A stretch of 64,000 nt of DNA from Candidatus Kapaibacterium sp. (GCA_963665665.1 OY762428.1:2592001-2656000); one strand, 5' to 3'. Shown: positions 9,490-20,631, counted from the first letter of the stretch. Notes: generated by a model from the sequence alone, not told the origin. Made by a program: numbers and translations.

Positions 9490-9507
9490 ATTGACTATTT
9501 ATTCAAT
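9490..9507. promoter_or_regulatory. Candidate TetR autoregulatory operator
   Basis: ATTGA-N8-TCAAT inverted repeat just upstream of the TetR start. Confidence 0.4.
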
Positions 9508-9524
9508 CAATAAATAATAGCATT

Positions 9525-10124
9525 ATGGCAAGAAATGAAAAACTAAATGAAAAAATGAAGGAAGCCAGCAGGCAGAAAATTCTGAGTGCTGCCCTGAAGC
9601 TTTTTGCAGAAAGAGGCCCGGCAGCAACAAAAATCGGTGATGTAGCACTGGAGGCAGGCGTCTCACACGGGTTGCTTTACCACTATTTCAATTCCAAGGA
9701 CCAGATATTTACAGAGCTTATCAGCACTGCTTTTGATAAGCTGATTGAGGCATCTGAGAATTTGAAATCTATGTCCATATCAGCAGGTGAAAAAATTGAA
9801 ATGGCAATGAGAACCCTGATCAATAATATTGAAGAGGACAATGTTTCTGTTAATTATCATCTTCTGGTTGCAAAAGCTTCATCATCTGAAAGAGTTCCCG
9901 GAAAAGTTAAAAAAATATTGAAAGAAAAATCAGCCATACCTTACAAACTGATTGCGGATATTTTCAGGGACGGGCAGGAAAGCGGCGAATTCAATAAATT
10001 TCCGGCAGAAGAACTTGCACTGATGTTCTGGACAACAATTAAGGGGCTTGCTATGCAGAAGGCATTTGCCGGCAAGGCATACAGATCGCCCAATCCGGAT
10101 ATAATAATGAGAATGTTTACTTAA
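9525..10124 (+). CDS. TetR/AcrR family transcriptional regulator
   Basis: ILSAALKLFAERG...VALEAGVSHGLLYHYFNSKDQI HTH. Confidence 0.93.
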   Translation: MARNEKLNEKMKEASRQKILSAALKLFAERGPAATKIGDVALEAGVSHGLLYHYFNSKDQIFTELISTAFDKLIEASENLKSMSISAGEKIEMAMRTLINNIEEDNVSVNYHLLVAKASSSERVPGKVKKILKEKSAIPYKLIADIFRDGQESGEFNKFPAEELALMFWTTIKGLAMQKAFAGKAYRSPNPDIIMRMFT

Positions 10125-10133
10125 AGCGGAAAA

Positions 10134-11066
10134 ATGATGCAAAGTATTAGAAGCAGGATATTTTTAAAAATCCTGGAATGGAAAAAGAAAAGGACACCTG
10201 AAGAACAAAGAATAGATTATATTGATTTTAATACATCAATTTCAGGTCTGAGAGAAAAAGTTAATAAAGGAGCCGGATTCTTCGGAAGACTGCCAAAAGG
10301 GTTTATTCTTGATAATAAATCTGTTGATGATATAAATTGCGATTTCATATCTCCGCAGTCTGCACCACCGAATAAAATAATAATGTATTTTCACGGTGGC
10401 GGATTAGTTTGTGGCACGGCAAAGGCACACAGGGGAATAGTTGCAAAAATTGCCGGTAAAGCCAATTTAAAGGCAGTCGTTTTCGATTACGGGCTGGCTC
10501 CTGAAAAACCATTTCCGAATGGCCTGAACGACAGTTTGGCTGTTTATAAATATTTATTGAAAAACTATAGACCTGAGAATATTGCTTTCATGGGAGATTC
10601 CGGTGGTGGCAACCTATGCCTTGCTACCCTGGTGGCGCTTAAGATTAATGGCCTTGAACAACCATCCTGTGCCGTGGCGCTTTCTCCATGGACGGACCTG
10701 ACTAATAGCGGGGAATCAAGAAAATTCAACGCAGAAAATGATAAATTATGCTGGAAGAACAGCGAGAATGTATTCAGCCAATACTATTGTAATGGCGAAT
10801 CTCCTGAAAATCCGTTAATATCTCCGCTATTCGCGGATTTGACAGGATTGCCACCGATAAGATTATATGCCGGGGGACATGAAACTATGCTGAGCGATTC
10901 GGTTTCTTTTGCTGAAAAAGCAAAGAAATCAGGAGTTGATATAAAACTTACTGTCGGCGAGGGACTTTTTCATTGCTATCCTGCTTGTGCGCCCCTATTT
11001 CCCGAAGCAACAAAGGCACTGGAAGATATTGCAGAGTTTATTACGCAACAGGTGAAGCAAGAATAA
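10134..11066 (+). CDS. Alpha/beta hydrolase (HSL-family esterase/lipase)
   Basis: HGGG oxyanion motif, GDSGGG nucleophile elbow, C-terminal GLFH. Confidence 0.92.
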   Translation: MMQSIRSRIFLKILEWKKKRTPEEQRIDYIDFNTSISGLREKVNKGAGFFGRLPKGFILDNKSVDDINCDFISPQSAPPNKIIMYFHGGGLVCGTAKAHRGIVAKIAGKANLKAVVFDYGLAPEKPFPNGLNDSLAVYKYLLKNYRPENIAFMGDSGGGNLCLATLVALKINGLEQPSCAVALSPWTDLTNSGESRKFNAENDKLCWKNSENVFSQYYCNGESPENPLISPLFADLTGLPPIRLYAGGHETMLSDSVSFAEKAKKSGVDIKLTVGEGLFHCYPACAPLFPEATKALEDIAEFITQQVKQE

Positions 11067-11119
11067 TGCAATATTTCCATGAGCAAATAATCAACAATTA
11101 TTATTCCCAATCAAATTTA

Positions 11120-13360
11120 TCACCGCCCTACAACCACCGGCACAGTCCTTGTTGTACCGCCAAGGCGGATATTAATAAAATACACTCCTGAAGAGACCGA
11201 GGAACAATCCCAGATTATTTCGCCGTGATATACATTCATTTTGTTTACGCTTATCTCTCCGGGTTTGCTGATTGTTTTGCCCGTGTAGTCGTGCACGGTT
11301 ATTGTGGCGTTTTGCATATCGTACCTGGCATCCCAGTATATTTCCGTACTAACACGGTTGTTTGCAGGTTGTGGATATGGAGGATAGTTGTACATTTTTA
11401 TTACTTCTGCCCCTGGTTCTTCTACTGGTGTATCTTCGTGGAATGTGAATTTTAGAAAATGTCTGTCAAGGGTATAAGCATACATTGTATTGTCAAAAAA
11501 ACCGGTTATTTTCCAAACGAAGTATCCCGGTACCGGTTCTTTCTTCCAATAATAGGGATTGTTTTCAATATCCTCGCAATACAAAAGGCAATTGTCACCT
11601 CCGGCTACGATGTTGTTTTCCCATTTTATTAAAAATGCTTTATATCCTGATTCGTTGTCCAATCTTATTCTTTTATATGTATTTGTTTTTAGGTCAACTT
11701 TGAACAAAGGATGCCTGCTGTTTGTATCTTCACCCGGATACCAAACAATACCACTGAGGAAAATATTATCATCGATTATTGACATATAATTTATTATTGT
11801 ATCCATCATGCTCAGATTAACAAGTGTATCCCAGGCAACACCTGGCGCATCTGCCGTAAGTATCTGATATGTGTTAGTATCTACCCCATAGCCATCTTCA
11901 TGTCTTCCGTCAAATGAAAGCGCATAATATTTGCCATTATATTTTTGTATATTAAAAAGCTTAGCTGAATCTATACATTCAGTACTTTTGCAATTCATAT
12001 CTAAGTCCAATGTAAAAATAAGTGTATAATACAAAGATTTGAATCTGGAAGGATAAAACACTTTATATTCATCATTTATTCTGATAATTGGAGCATCAGA
12101 GCTAAAACCATATCCGTATATTTCATCAATACAAGTTGTATCCCATGTATCGCCGTAGTCATTTGTGTAAAATGTGGTTGGATAATTGACCTGTGAATGG
12201 CTGCCGAAAATAACACCCCTGCCATCTTCGCTGTAGAAATAAGAATATCCTAATGACCAATTCTTTAGATTATAGTTGCCTGTTTTTTGTGTTTGCCATG
12301 ATACTCCTCCATTCCTTGTTTTGTAAACTTCTTCTTTTCTTTCTGTCTGGTATCCTGTATTAACATTTACCCATTGCATACTTCCACTCGGGTTTAGGTA
12401 TGATATTAATTCCCAGTTATACCCGCCGTCAGTTGATCTTAAAATTAAATTTTGGGAACCGTAAGCAAAAATCAAATTCGAATTAATAAATTCAAAACCT
12501 ATTATCCTGAGCATTTCGCAATACCTGTCTAATTCCGGGTTGCTGATTTGCTCAACTATAGAATCGCTGCTACGGCAGAATTTTACAAGGTTATAATCAC
12601 TGCTGCCAAAACCTGTATATGAATGAATGGAATAAATATTATCATCATAAATATTGAATACTAATGAACCGCTATTTTTTTTGGTATAATTTTTTAGATC
12701 GTTTGTTTGATAAATTGAACTGCCAACCAAAATGTAAAGATCAGAGTTGTATTTTTTAAAACGATAAATTTTAGCAGCAGAATCCAGGTAGCCCTTTTCT
12801 ACAAAATCAAATATTTTCGGCTCGTTATCAATGCCATTAACAAATGAATAAAGCGAACCGTTTGTTGTCCCGACAATCAGATTATCGTTGAATAATTCCA
12901 TTTCAGTTGGTACAATATTTTCATCTAAATAAACGGAATTTATTTTTTCAAAATCATTATCAAGAATATCAATACTGTTCTCATTAAGAATCAAGAAATT
13001 ATTATCAAGTTTGATTACATCTTTAAATTTTGAAATCGCATCAAAAGATTTTGTATTCAATGGCCTACCTTCACTGTTCAACCTAAAAACAGATTGTTCG
13101 GATATACCGTAAAAACCGCTATCTTCATTCCTGATTTTGATAATATCGGTTTCCTCGTTAATGATTTTTATCAATTCCCAGTTTTCATTATTCAAATCAG
13201 TTCTTGCAATAGAATTATTAGCCCCGTAAAAAAATATGTAATTATCATTAAAAACCAAGCCGTCGTAATGCATATCCAGCCGTTGATAATCAAATTTCAA
13301 ACCGGCATTGGAAATATATACAATTATTAAGAATAGCGGTAATATCTTTTTCATCTCCAA
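11120..13360 (-). CDS. Secreted beta-propeller (BNR/YCF48-like repeats) protein with T9SS type-A sorting domain
   Basis: STDGGYNW, TRNGGVSW and TNDYGDTW Asp-boxes; C-terminal PYPQP...SGVYFINI. Confidence 0.82.
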   Translation of the reverse strand: MEMKKILPLFLIIVYISNAGLKFDYQRLDMHYDGLVFNDNYIFFYGANNSIARTDLNNENWELIKIINEETDIIKIRNEDSGFYGISEQSVFRLNSEGRPLNTKSFDAISKFKDVIKLDNNFLILNENSIDILDNDFEKINSVYLDENIVPTEMELFNDNLIVGTTNGSLYSFVNGIDNEPKIFDFVEKGYLDSAAKIYRFKKYNSDLYILVGSSIYQTNDLKNYTKKNSGSLVFNIYDDNIYSIHSYTGFGSSDYNLVKFCRSSDSIVEQISNPELDRYCEMLRIIGFEFINSNLIFAYGSQNLILRSTDGGYNWELISYLNPSGSMQWVNVNTGYQTERKEEVYKTRNGGVSWQTQKTGNYNLKNWSLGYSYFYSEDGRGVIFGSHSQVNYPTTFYTNDYGDTWDTTCIDEIYGYGFSSDAPIIRINDEYKVFYPSRFKSLYYTLIFTLDLDMNCKSTECIDSAKLFNIQKYNGKYYALSFDGRHEDGYGVDTNTYQILTADAPGVAWDTLVNLSMMDTIINYMSIIDDNIFLSGIVWYPGEDTNSRHPLFKVDLKTNTYKRIRLDNESGYKAFLIKWENNIVAGGDNCLLYCEDIENNPYYWKKEPVPGYFVWKITGFFDNTMYAYTLDRHFLKFTFHEDTPVEEPGAEVIKMYNYPPYPQPANNRVSTEIYWDARYDMQNATITVHDYTGKTISKPGEISVNKMNVYHGEIIWDCSSVSSGVYFINIRLGGTTRTVPVVVGR

Positions 13361-13567
13361 TCCTTTATAATTATGGATAATTATTTTCCCCGAATGATTA
13401 ATATCTAAATCTGATTCTTTATTAATGTAGGAAATATTTTATACATAAGCAAGAAAAAATAAATAACCTTAATTTTTTTTCACAAGCGGAAATGCTTCTC
13501 CACTAACTGCCTGTCGGGATATTGGTACCCCGACACAAATCAGGGAAAGGATTTCCCAATTCTCTTT

Positions 13568-13592
13568 ACTTTCGGATAAGATATCCGAAAGT
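13568..13592. repeat. Palindromic element, second copy at 59578-59602
   Basis: CTTTCGGATAAGATATCCGAAAG is identical at both intergenic sites. Confidence 0.75.
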
Positions 13593-13831
13593 GCCCGGGC
13601 TTCATATTTACTTTGCATTTGTTTTACCTTCCCAAGCAGGGGATTGGGAAGGAGATAAAATATCAACTCAACCAAATATATTACTTGTCAGGTCTTTGCA
13701 GTATAAATATCAGGCAGGGTATATGATGCTTTAAGTAAAATGATTTTATATTTTGGCTTCAGCAAAAAATCCAGAAAAATAAAAAAATGGCCGACAAATG
13801 CCGGCCCTTTTAGTAATAGTCGCTTATGGAT

Positions 13832-16645
13832 CTACGATTTCTCGGGATGAAGGACTATTTTCACGATATTGCCTTTCGTGAGATATTCTTTTGCGGCAGT
13901 AAGAATTTCTTCCGGTTTTACGGATTCTGCCAATTTCTTCCAATTCGGAATTTTATTTATATCTTCATTATTACTGATGTAATAGCCTAAGTTATTCAGC
14001 CAGTAGTTATTCCTGCGTTTGTTCAGTTTTATCTGTTCAAGCTGTGCTTTCTGTGCCTTTTCTACCCTGATATTATCAGTATTTTCTTTCAGGTCTTCTA
14101 GTATTTTATGAACGTCTGCTACAAGTTCGTCCACGCGGGTTGGCTCACAAACAAAATCTATATTAATCCTGAAATCTGATTCCGGATACTTTGACATATT
14201 TGCCCAACAACCAGGGGAGTAAACTCCGCCTTTCTTTTCCCTGATGTCTTCTGTGAGCCTTATATTAATAACATCAACAAGGGTATTCAGCAGGTAGCGG
14301 TTTCTCTGGGACCAGTCAAAATCTCCGGATAGCATCATGCGTACATGGCTCTTATCTTCTTCGCCTTTATAAATATCTTTTTCTATCTTGCCGTCTGGCT
14401 GTTTAACACCAATATTTTTCCATTTTTCATTCCTGTTTTTAGCAGGCAATGTGGCAAGATATTTTTTCGAGAATTCTTTGATCTTATCAAGTTCAACACT
14501 TCCTACAAAGATAAATGTAAAGTCGCTGGCATCCGAGAACCTGTCTGTATAAAAATCAAAAGCATCGTCAGGATCAACTTCATCAAGTTTCTCTATGGTA
14601 ATTGGCTGGTGGCGGGGATGATAGCAGTTTATGGTAACTTCAATAGTATCACCGAATGCATTTTCGGGAAGCATTGCTGAATTTTTAAGTATGCCTTTGT
14701 TTTTGTCCATATATGAATCAAATGCCTCGTAATCAAGCCTGGGGGACGTAAAGTAAAGGTGTACAAGCTGCATGAACACTTCAAGGTCCTTCTTGGTGGA
14801 AAAACCATTGAATCCTTCTGTTAATTCGTTGATATACGGAGACAGTGACACATTCTTTGCAGCGAGGGCCTTCTGTAGTGTTACCTGGTCGAAATCACCA
14901 ACACCGGAAAGGCCGACGATGGATGTTGCATTGCTGGCAGAAAGGTACATTTCGTCCCTGCAAACAGATGTTCCGCCCGGGCTTGTTGCACGGAAAAGTA
15001 TCTGATCATCTTCAAAATCAGTTTCTTTAACTAATACTTTTGCACCGTTGGACAAAGTATATGTTATCGTTCCGAGCTTGTCATTTTTTTCTTCCTTCGT
15101 TATTGTTCCGGGAGTAAGTTCTTTTGCAAAGAGTGGCTTGTTCGCTACTCTGTCAACCCATGGGTCCAGTTTTCTGTTTGATGCGGCATTGAATACTGCG
15201 AGCAATTCTTTTTCGGAAGGCACTTTAATTTCCTCGGCATCCGGAGTTGTAAGAGTTACGACAGCATTATCTTTTGTCAGGTAAGTTTTGGCAAGAGAAT
15301 TTACTTCTGCAAGTTTTAAATCAGGCAGAAGCTTGCTTATTAGCCCGTATTCATATTCAATTCCCGGGTGGTTATTACTACCAAGGAAGTATTGTGTCAG
15401 TTCATTTACTATTGAAGCAGATTCTTTTGTATTCCTGTCGTTATAGAAACGATCAACAATTGACATAAGCTGCTCTTTGGCTCGTGTAAATTCTGTTTCA
15501 ACGAATCCGTGCTGCTTAACCCTGTAAGCTTCTTTAAGTACGCTATCGATACCTGCCAGGCCTTTGCCGCCGTCAGCTACTACCGAGATTGTGTAAGCAT
15601 CTTTGTCTCCGCGAAGAGAGGAATAGCTACCGCTTGCATTAATAAATGGGGGATTCTTCCTCTGGCTGATCTCGCCAAGGCGTGATGAGAACATCAGGTC
15701 GTATAATCCTTCAATCAATCCCTGCCTGTAATCGGCAATAGTTTCTTCTTTTTTATGAGGCTTTTTGAAATATATCAGCCCGATATCTACAGGAATTTCT
15801 TTGTCTTTGTGTATTGATGTTAGTGTTTCTTTGTGATATGGTACTTCAATAACGGGCCTTTCCCTGGGATTGTCAATCATTTTTATCCTGCCAAAATGAT
15901 TTTTTATCATTCCTTCGATTTTGTTCACGTCAAAATCTCCAACAGCAATAATAGCCATCAGGTCCGGGCGGTACCAGTCGCGATAGAACCTGCGCAGAGC
16001 ATCGTGGGGGCAGTTCTGAATAATATTTGTATCGCCGATGATTACCCTTTCGGCATATTTGGAATCTTTGTAAATCTTAAATCCATGATTATAGCTAAGC
16101 CTGAAACGCCAGTCATTTCTCTGGCGCCACTCGGACATAATAACTCCGCGTTCGTCATCAATCTGCTGCCCGTCGTAATTAACATTGTGGGCCCAGTCCT
16201 CAAGTACCTGGAATGAATTTTTCAGAAGCTCTTCGTTGTCCATTGGTATGGGAAGTTCGTACATTGTTACATCGGTTCCCGTACTGGCATTAAGGTCAGC
16301 GCCGAACCTGATACCGGTTGATTCCAGAAAATCAACAAGTTTGTTTTTGGGGAAATTCTTTGTTCCATTGAAGGCCATGTGTTCGCAGAAGTGAGCCAGA
16401 CCCTTCTGGTCATCGTCTTCCATAACTGATCCTGTATGGATTACCAGGCGGAACTTGGCATGATTCTTCGGGGTTTCGTTTTTCTGAATGTAATAAGTCA
16501 TGCCATTGCTAAGCTTACCCATTTTCACGTTAGGGTCCAATGGCAGTTTGTCCTTAACACTTTTAAAGTTAACATCCGGCTGTGCCGAAAGGCTGAAAGA
16601 AAAGATCAGCATCAGTGAGCAAAAAGATAATAAAAATCTTCTCAT
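13832..16645 (-). CDS. M16-family zinc protease (PqqL-like)
   Basis: Signal peptide; GLAHFCEHMAFNGT (inverted HxxEH); IREKKGGVYS; 937 aa. Confidence 0.93.
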   Translation of the reverse strand: MRRFLLSFCSLMLIFSFSLSAQPDVNFKSVKDKLPLDPNVKMGKLSNGMTYYIQKNETPKNHAKFRLVIHTGSVMEDDDQKGLAHFCEHMAFNGTKNFPKNKLVDFLESTGIRFGADLNASTGTDVTMYELPIPMDNEELLKNSFQVLEDWAHNVNYDGQQIDDERGVIMSEWRQRNDWRFRLSYNHGFKIYKDSKYAERVIIGDTNIIQNCPHDALRRFYRDWYRPDLMAIIAVGDFDVNKIEGMIKNHFGRIKMIDNPRERPVIEVPYHKETLTSIHKDKEIPVDIGLIYFKKPHKKEETIADYRQGLIEGLYDLMFSSRLGEISQRKNPPFINASGSYSSLRGDKDAYTISVVADGGKGLAGIDSVLKEAYRVKQHGFVETEFTRAKEQLMSIVDRFYNDRNTKESASIVNELTQYFLGSNNHPGIEYEYGLISKLLPDLKLAEVNSLAKTYLTKDNAVVTLTTPDAEEIKVPSEKELLAVFNAASNRKLDPWVDRVANKPLFAKELTPGTITKEEKNDKLGTITYTLSNGAKVLVKETDFEDDQILFRATSPGGTSVCRDEMYLSASNATSIVGLSGVGDFDQVTLQKALAAKNVSLSPYINELTEGFNGFSTKKDLEVFMQLVHLYFTSPRLDYEAFDSYMDKNKGILKNSAMLPENAFGDTIEVTINCYHPRHQPITIEKLDEVDPDDAFDFYTDRFSDASDFTFIFVGSVELDKIKEFSKKYLATLPAKNRNEKWKNIGVKQPDGKIEKDIYKGEEDKSHVRMMLSGDFDWSQRNRYLLNTLVDVINIRLTEDIREKKGGVYSPGCWANMSKYPESDFRINIDFVCEPTRVDELVADVHKILEDLKENTDNIRVEKAQKAQLEQIKLNKRRNNYWLNNLGYYISNNEDINKIPNWKKLAESVKPEEILTAAKEYLTKGNIVKIVLHPEKS

Positions 16646-16858
16646 GGCAATATCCTGAATAGTTTATCTAAAACAATTAATGATAAAAGAATTAAATTCT
16701 TTAAAAGTGGGACGGGTTAGTTTTATATACTGATTTTTGACAGTTTTGTTTCAGAGAAAATTAAATATTTTCGGGGGATCGGTAGATTTTATTATTTCTG
16801 TTTATGTTATCTGTCGGTGGGGGATTAAATTGGAATTCTTTAATAACTATCTTTCATA

Positions 16859-16891
16859 AGACGTCCAACACATTCAAGGTGTTGGACGTCT
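16859..16891. terminator. Perfect 13-bp hairpin (terminator or REP-like)
   Basis: AGACGTCCAACAC-N7-GTGTTGGACGTCT downstream of the 16942 gene; no clear U tract. Confidence 0.5.
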
Positions 16892-16941
16892 GTATCGGCT
16901 ATATCCAAAAATTTAATTTCATCTTATTATTTGTTGATTTC

Positions 16942-19323
16942 CTATTCCTTCACCACCTTGCAGCTTGAAACAATTTTTCCGCCGGTACTTATCTTCAGTA
17001 CATAAGCGCCGGAAGGGATTTCAGGAACTCTGAACGGTAAGCTGAATGTTCCGGAAGTCAGGTTAGTATAAATTGTTCTGGCGGTTTCTATGCCCTGGAT
17101 ATTATAAAGAACTGCCTGTATTTCAGTTTCGGAGTTATTTTCAAGGACGAATGTGAAACTGTCCCGGAAGGGATTTGGGTATGTGGAAATGTTTTGTGTT
17201 TGGGATAGCTCCTCAATTACAGGGCTTGGATGATCGAAATGGAATTTTGAAAAATACATTTCCCAATCTTCAGTATATTCACTTTGAAATGCATCTTCTG
17301 TTACTGGAAAATTTGGTGATAAAGTCATTCCACCGATAAAATATTCTGTATCATATTTTGCGCCATAAGGCCAAAGTTCCCAAGAACTACCTCCAAGATA
17401 AGTAGCATATTTTATCGTATCACAATTTCGTGATATATCCAGTACAAAAATATCCGGATTTTCATAAATAAAAGGTTCGGTTTTTCCATGTTGGTAAGCA
17501 TCTTCTGTTACTGGAAAATTTTTACCCCAAGTTAACCCGGACATAATGAACCCTCCTGTGTTAGACCATGATATCGATGAACCTCGATCATCACTATTCT
17601 CATCGCCCAATAAATGTACTTTTTTAATATTGTACCTATCATCCATTTCTGCTAAAATTATATCAGCATCCTGAAATCCAACATCTTCTCCTTGAGGAAT
17701 TCCAGGAAATTCACCAGAACGTGTGTAACCATATAATAAGAATGTGGTATCAGACTCTCTAAGAACATTAAATAAAGAATCAGTCTGATTACCACCAAGA
17801 TAACTAAGATAGTTAAGATCATTGAAATCATTACTAATATTGGCAATAATCATATCTGTTCTCATGTTAGTGTTTTCACCATAACCGCCATAAATTGAAT
17901 CTAAGGCATTATTTGTATAAGGTAGGTTATATGAATTCGTGTTACCAAAACAAGTGAAAGAATTATTATTACCTTCAAAGAAATCAACAAAATGAGTATT
18001 ACCCCATCCACCAATACCAATACATCTGTATAGTGAAGTTAGATTTGTATCAAATACAGATATAAAAGATATAAGAGAGTTTGGGCTCTGCTCATGTATA
18101 AAAGTGTTAGTAAAAGGAAACTCAGTACCAAAGCTTTTTACCTGACCTGAAAGTATAACATTATTATCAATAACTTTTATTTTAAAAGGTCGGATTTCTT
18201 TCAATTTACCAAAATGAGTAAAAGCGTATAAAGAATCAAGATTGTTATTAAAACAGGCAATAAAGGCTTTTGGATATTCATCATTCGAAGAATCATACTG
18301 CCCGTCATCGTCATAAGAATCTGTATTTATAAAGAAGTTGGGTAAAGCGCCAACACCTGCTATATATAATTTGTCTTTATGGTAGAATGCAGAATAGGTA
18401 TCGTGAAAAAGACCACCATTACCAAAAAATGTTATTACTTCAAAATCAGCATCTTTATCAAGTTTAAAAAAAATATTACAGTATGAACCTGTCTCATTTT
18501 TTTCAGTATAAGCCCCAGGAGTACCAACAATATCATTACTTTTAGATCTGCCTACAGCATAAATCGTCCCTTCTTTCCCTTCCTCAAGAGCTTGAATCAT
18601 ATCATTACTTCTTCCGCCAAAGTAGGTAGAATACACAAGCGGATCTATCACGAGGGGTAAGTCCGGGTCGTAATTGCCGGGGGAAAGCCCCACGCTGCCG
18701 TCGGTATTTAGTACAAAACGGCAGGGAACAGCGCTAAGGCGGCTGTCGCCTGGCTTACCGCTTTCCTGGTAGGCAAATATCTGCCCGTGTTTTATTTCGC
18801 CGAGGCTTGTGCCGAGTACAAGGCTGCCATCTACATCGATATCAATATAATCCTGGCCGGTGAATTCCATCCTGATATTCTCCGGATCTGCTCCCGGATG
18901 AAGAATAAAGTCATATCTCATACCCGTGGCATCGAAATAATACCTGATATCAGTACCAGGATAAATATCTTTTGCAGTTACGGCAGAGTATGAAGCAACA
19001 TGCTTTGCCCATTTTGTGGGGTCGTTCCCGGTGAAGTAGTTGCGAACAATTTTATTCCTGCCGGATGGAGCAAACTCAGGAACGGCTGAAGTGCCAGCAA
19101 GGCTGCACTTAATAACATGCCCCGCAAGGCTTGTATCCCGCCCGTTTACTTCCATTTTTGAATAATCATAAATCACGCTGCCGGGCATAATCCATGCCGT
19201 CATCCCGGCGCTTTCAGTCTTGTAGCGTACATCCGCATCCCACTGGCCACGGTTCTCGATGAATTCGGAGGCGAAGAGAGGGGATGAGATGAAGATAAAT
19301 AAAAGAATTAATTTTATAGCCAT
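16942..19323 (-). CDS. Secreted SBBP beta-propeller repeat protein with T9SS sorting domain
   Basis: FIENRGQW...DIYPGTD...YDFILHPGADP...LVIDPLVYSTYFGG N-domain; YLSYLGG and T.S.NFPVTEDA repeats; YPNPF...SGAYVLKI CTD. Likely start 19323. Confidence 0.87.
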   Translation of the reverse strand: MAIKLILLFIFISSPLFASEFIENRGQWDADVRYKTESAGMTAWIMPGSVIYDYSKMEVNGRDTSLAGHVIKCSLAGTSAVPEFAPSGRNKIVRNYFTGNDPTKWAKHVASYSAVTAKDIYPGTDIRYYFDATGMRYDFILHPGADPENIRMEFTGQDYIDIDVDGSLVLGTSLGEIKHGQIFAYQESGKPGDSRLSAVPCRFVLNTDGSVGLSPGNYDPDLPLVIDPLVYSTYFGGRSNDMIQALEEGKEGTIYAVGRSKSNDIVGTPGAYTEKNETGSYCNIFFKLDKDADFEVITFFGNGGLFHDTYSAFYHKDKLYIAGVGALPNFFINTDSYDDDGQYDSSNDEYPKAFIACFNNNLDSLYAFTHFGKLKEIRPFKIKVIDNNVILSGQVKSFGTEFPFTNTFIHEQSPNSLISFISVFDTNLTSLYRCIGIGGWGNTHFVDFFEGNNNSFTCFGNTNSYNLPYTNNALDSIYGGYGENTNMRTDMIIANISNDFNDLNYLSYLGGNQTDSLFNVLRESDTTFLLYGYTRSGEFPGIPQGEDVGFQDADIILAEMDDRYNIKKVHLLGDENSDDRGSSISWSNTGGFIMSGLTWGKNFPVTEDAYQHGKTEPFIYENPDIFVLDISRNCDTIKYATYLGGSSWELWPYGAKYDTEYFIGGMTLSPNFPVTEDAFQSEYTEDWEMYFSKFHFDHPSPVIEELSQTQNISTYPNPFRDSFTFVLENNSETEIQAVLYNIQGIETARTIYTNLTSGTFSLPFRVPEIPSGAYVLKISTGGKIVSSCKVVKE

Positions 19324-19396
19324 AACAAAACAAGTTATATGGTCATTTTTTGTCAATAATTCTTTAAAAAAAGAGTACCTTCTAAAAATTTGCATA

Positions 19397-19795
19397 TTAA
19401 TTTAACCATTCTACAATAGGAGGAACAGAAGATAAAATATCAATACAATCCACAGGTGAATAAATTGCATAATGAATAATTTTCCAATCTTTATAAATAT
19501 TTAATGTCATCTCATGAAAATAATTTATGTATGAGGAATTTTCAACTATGAAAAATATTCCAAGAGGTTTTTCCGGATTCCAGATTTTTATAAGATTTCC
19601 TTCATCTGTATTTCTATAACCTAGATGATCATTAAAAGTTATTCTCAATAATATAGATTCAGGCTTTTCTCCTTTAAGCAATATCCTAAATCCTTCATAG
19701 TCATCATGGATTGCTTCAATATACATCTTCTTTTCAATTCCATAGATTGGTTTCCACGGAATCAAAATATTATTTTTATTTTTTGGAATTATCAT
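19397..19795 (-). CDS. Probable immunity protein for the upstream RHS toxin
   Basis: 132-aa AT-rich ORF directly downstream of the toxin ORF; assignment is positional. Confidence 0.65.
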   Translation of the reverse strand: MIIPKNKNNILIPWKPIYGIEKKMYIEAIHDDYEGFRILLKGEKPESILLRITFNDHLGYRNTDEGNLIKIWNPEKPLGIFFIVENSSYINYFHEMTLNIYKDWKIIHYAIYSPVDCIDILSSVPPIVEWLN

Positions 19796-19817
19796 ATATA
19801 TATTTTGAAAATTATTC

Positions 19818-20630
19818 TTAATATCTTATTTCTATACCACGTCCACCGCCAGAAGGTCGGATTTCTAATGTTGGTTCACCACTACTACTTCCCGGACGAG
19901 CTGTTACATTCCTACCATCAGGTAATACTCCTGTTTTTCCTTCTCCATGAGGTGTTTCAATCGGCCTTACATTTGAAGGGCTTAATTTATCAAAATCCTT
20001 TGCAGCCTGTTCATATCCTCCGGTTTTGTGTCTTAATGTAGTTTTACCCTTAGTTTGCCTTCCAGGGGTTGAACTGTCAATTAAATCGTCAACCGTTATA
20101 GTATCTTCATTTTCTGCATCACTTTCCGATGTACTCTCTTCAGAATCAATTTCTTCCGACTGTGAATCTTGCATGGTCAATGGTTCAACTGTAACATCTA
20201 CTGTCACGTTATCTTGCCTTGCTTCAGCGAATTGAGGATTTAAAGCAGTTTCATTTGTTATTGGAACCGGAGGCATAGGTTTAATAAAAGTAGAAGGTTT
20301 AACCGTCTGAATAACTTTCGGTGCGGTTTCTATAACCATTCGACCCATTTGCATTACAGGTTCTACTTGAATGGTTCTTGAGGATAAGATAACTGGTATT
20401 AATTGTGAGCCATTCCCATCCTCATACATCAACGGGTTATTGAGACCATACTGATACGGCGACCACTCGTAATAATCTTCCCAGAGCGGGTCAATGCTTG
20501 TGAAGCGCCCCAGGGCATAGCTGTACTTGCGCACGCCAAAGTCTCCCAGCCCGGTTTCAGCATCTTTTTCTTTGCTCCCGACAAGTCGGGATTTCGCAAG
20601 CTCAACAATGAACGATGATTGAAACCACAC
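19818..20630 (-). CDS. Orphan RHS-core fragment with C-terminal toxin domain
   Basis: KEKDAETGLGDFGVRKY...GRFTSIDPLW...SPYQYGLNNPLMYEDGNG RHS core; no YD repeats; compact C-terminal domain ending GEPTLEIR...IEIRY. Confidence 0.8.
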   Translation of the reverse strand: MWFQSSFIVELAKSRLVGSKEKDAETGLGDFGVRKYSYALGRFTSIDPLWEDYYEWSPYQYGLNNPLMYEDGNGSQLIPVILSSRTIQVEPVMQMGRMVIETAPKVIQTVKPSTFIKPMPPVPITNETALNPQFAEARQDNVTVDVTVEPLTMQDSQSEEIDSEESTSESDAENEDTITVDDLIDSSTPGRQTKGKTTLRHKTGGYEQAAKDFDKLSPSNVRPIETPHGEGKTGVLPDGRNVTARPGSSSGEPTLEIRPSGGGRGIEIRY

Positions 20631-20631
20631 A

